A program made the position numbers and the translations under genes. A stretch of DNA of 63,459 bases, counting the filler, from Asterionella formosa (Eukaryota): NCBI GenBank assembly GCA_002256025.1. It is 6 parts of 6 records of this genome, joined end to end, with 100 filler letters (N's around TTAATTAATTAA, not from the genome) between each part and the next. Parts side by side here need not be neighbours in the genome. Positions count along the whole stretch, not along the records: positions 52,974 to 63,459 come from NKIB01009463.1; 5 more parts are not named here. One strand, 5' to 3'. Under the pieces are notes generated by a model. The model had not been told where the DNA came from, did not search any database, and saw only the letters and a list, made by a program, of their open reading frames with translations. Below are positions 61,469 to 63,459 of this stretch, piece by piece. Positions within the stretch are counted from its first letter, which is position 1. Each line of letters starts with the position of its first letter.

Positions 61469-63088
61469 TTAGTTTGCTCCTGTGGCATTTACCGCCATTA
61501 TAGATTTGAGGCTTCCTCCACGAAGGAAGTAATCACCTGAACACCAGGCATGACCAAGGGCACACCAACCATAAATGCTGCAACAAGATTTGGGATCTGG
61601 GCACTTTCCATTGCCTCTGTCACCATTGCCACATGAACCAGGAAAATCAAAATCTGCAGGTACCGAACCAGAAAAAGAATTGTTGCTCAATGTTAGTGTT
61701 CGGAGACTTGTGCTAAGTCCAGGCCATATCTCAGCTGGCACTGTATTTGAAAATGAATTAAATGAACAATCTAAATAATGCAGACGTGTCAAGAGTCCAA
61801 TCTCTGAGGGAAGTGTTCCAGTGAAAATATTGGAGTTCAAAGATAGACTAGTAAGACTTGTCAAACTTCCAATCTCTGTGGGAAATGTGCCATTGAAAGC
61901 ATTGGATTCCGAACCAAGATAATTGAAAAAAAGATAATTAAGACTGTTCAAGAGTCCAATCTCTGTGGGAACCTTGCCAGTGAAAGTATTGGAAGTCAAC
62001 GACAGATAATCAAGACTGTTCAAGAGTCCAATCTCTGTGGGAAGTGTGCCATTGAAACCATTGCTGTCCATTTGTAGAATAAAAAGACTTGCCAAGAGTC
62101 CAATCTGTATGGGAAGTGTGCCAGTGAAAGTATTGGAAGACAAATCTAGATAAGTGAGACTTGTCAAGAGTCCAATCTCTGTGGGAAGTGCACCAGTGAA
62201 AGAATTGTCATACAAAACTAGATAAGTGAGACTTGTCAAGAGTCCAATCTCTGTGGGAAGTGAGCCAGTGAAAGAATTGTCATACAAACATAGATAAGAG
62301 AGACTTGTCAAGAGTCCAATCTCTGTGGGAAGTGTGCCAGTGAATCTATTGAAAGACAAACTTAGCGTAGCGAGACTTGTCAGCAATCCAATCTCCGGCG
62401 GAATGGATCCTTCAAAAGAAAGGTCCATACCACTATTTAGAGAAAATAAGGTGATAGATGTCCTGTCGATATTGCAACCAACAAACCACCAGTCACAAAA
62501 TTCATATTCAATATTCAACCAATGATAAGAATTTTGCAAATCAAATTGGTTAGCAGAATCAGCTGAATAATAAATCACTGCCAAGGCATAGTATTGCAAC
62601 AAAATATAGTCTCTGGCACTATTATATAGTGTTGTTGAATTCTGCACCCATGCCAATGCCTTTTGCTGTGAGGAGCCAGGGGTTAAAAGTGCTGTTCCAT
62701 TGTCCATTGAATGTCCAGCAAAAAACAAAAACAAACTTTGAAGCGAAGGGGGGTTTGTGGGCTGGATGGTAGGTGACCTAGTTGGCTTGCGGATTGGCTT
62801 GCTCTCAGGCTTGATGGTAGGAAACCTAGTTGGCTTTTTCGTTGGCTTGATGGTAGGAAACCTAGTTGGCTTTTTCGTTGCCTTGATGGTAGGAAACCTT
62901 GTTGGCTTTTTCGTTGGCTTGCTCACGGGCTAGACAAGAAAACCGCAAAGAATGTTAATTCTTGTTTTCGCAAACTGATGGTAAAAAGAAATAAAGTATA
63001 ATAATGAGCTTACCAACTTTTGTTTTGCAGTAGCTTGAACCAAGAGTAGGGCCAATGCCACATCAATGATTGTGTTTCTAATATTCAT
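61469..63088 (-). CDS. Secreted leucine-rich repeat protein with PT/K-rich stalk and C-terminal hevein-like (CBM18) chitin-binding domain; exons 63088..63014 and 62929..61469
   Basis: Exon 1 encodes the signal peptide MNIRNTIIDVALALLLVQATA. An 84-bp GTAAGC..TAG intron at 63013-62930 keeps the frame. PTKKPTRFPTIK repeats, about ten 24-aa LxxLxLxxNxFTGxLPxEIG units, then CGNGDRGNGKCPDPKSCCSIYGWC..C. Confidence 0.88.
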
Positions 63089-63392
63089 TTGAGTTTTGTT
63101 TTCTCAGATGTTCTTTTTCTTTAGAGACTGTTTCAAACTTATGAGCAGAGAGAAATTGATTTATATACAGCATATGAAAGAACCACGTGTGATTTTTTTG
63201 TAACAGAATAGGTATAAGAATTTTTATTACTGTATGTAGAGTAGAAATACAGGCATACCAATAGTTCATTCTTACACGTGCCTGCTGAAAATCAAGGCAT
63301 GACGATGGTGAGCACGTAGTATTTCATGAAGAATCAAGTCATGAAGTTAGTACATAGTAAATCATGAAGAATCAAGTCATGAAGTTGGTAAA

Positions 63393-63459
63393 TAGGGTTA
63401 GGGTTAGGGTTAGGGTTAGGGTTAGGGTTAGGGTTAGGGTTAGGGTTAGGGTTAGGGTT
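63393..63459 (+). repeat. Telomere (TTAGGG)n
   Basis: Perfect TTAGGG array running to the contig end, G-rich strand pointing outward. Confidence 0.97.

Overview
Eukaryotic nuclear DNA, most likely from a diatom. The evidence is diatom-type Copia/Gypsy/Ambal-like retroelement remnants, a diatom-type PGRL1 fragment, a bipartite plastid-targeting motif, short GT-AG introns and a TTAGGG telomere. The window is not one locus. It is six contigs of 10503, 10499, 10492, 10490, 10489 and 10486 bp, sorted by length and joined by artificial 100-nt N/TTAATTAATTAA linkers, so adjacency across linkers means nothing. Contigs 1-3 are mostly transposon graveyards (DIRS/Ngaro, Ambal-like LINEs, Gypsy, Copia, an LTR) with gene fragments (AlkB-like, PGRL1, an unknown repeated family) and one intact sulfotransferase. 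Contig 4 has a PDI, two paralogous type I membrane proteins, two MITEs, a 22-bp-phased motif array and a decayed tRNA-like element. Contig 5 is a gene cluster: TALE homeobox-RING, HIS7, bacterial-like DUF1801/YdhG, a DOT1-like methyltransferase and an ABCG pseudogene. Contig 6 is a chromosome end with a disrupted LRR-ankyrin-non-RD kinase-ARM gene and a secreted LRR-chitin-binding gene about 300 bp from the telomere. The strongest non-obvious signal is that non-coding DNA is full of stacked TA-CCGG-TA and TA-CC(A/T)GG-TA motifs that look like DNA-transposon excision footprints. A TA-flanked MITE family with CCT...AGG ends is present as a candidate source. All protein calls come from motif recognition by eye, with no database searches.
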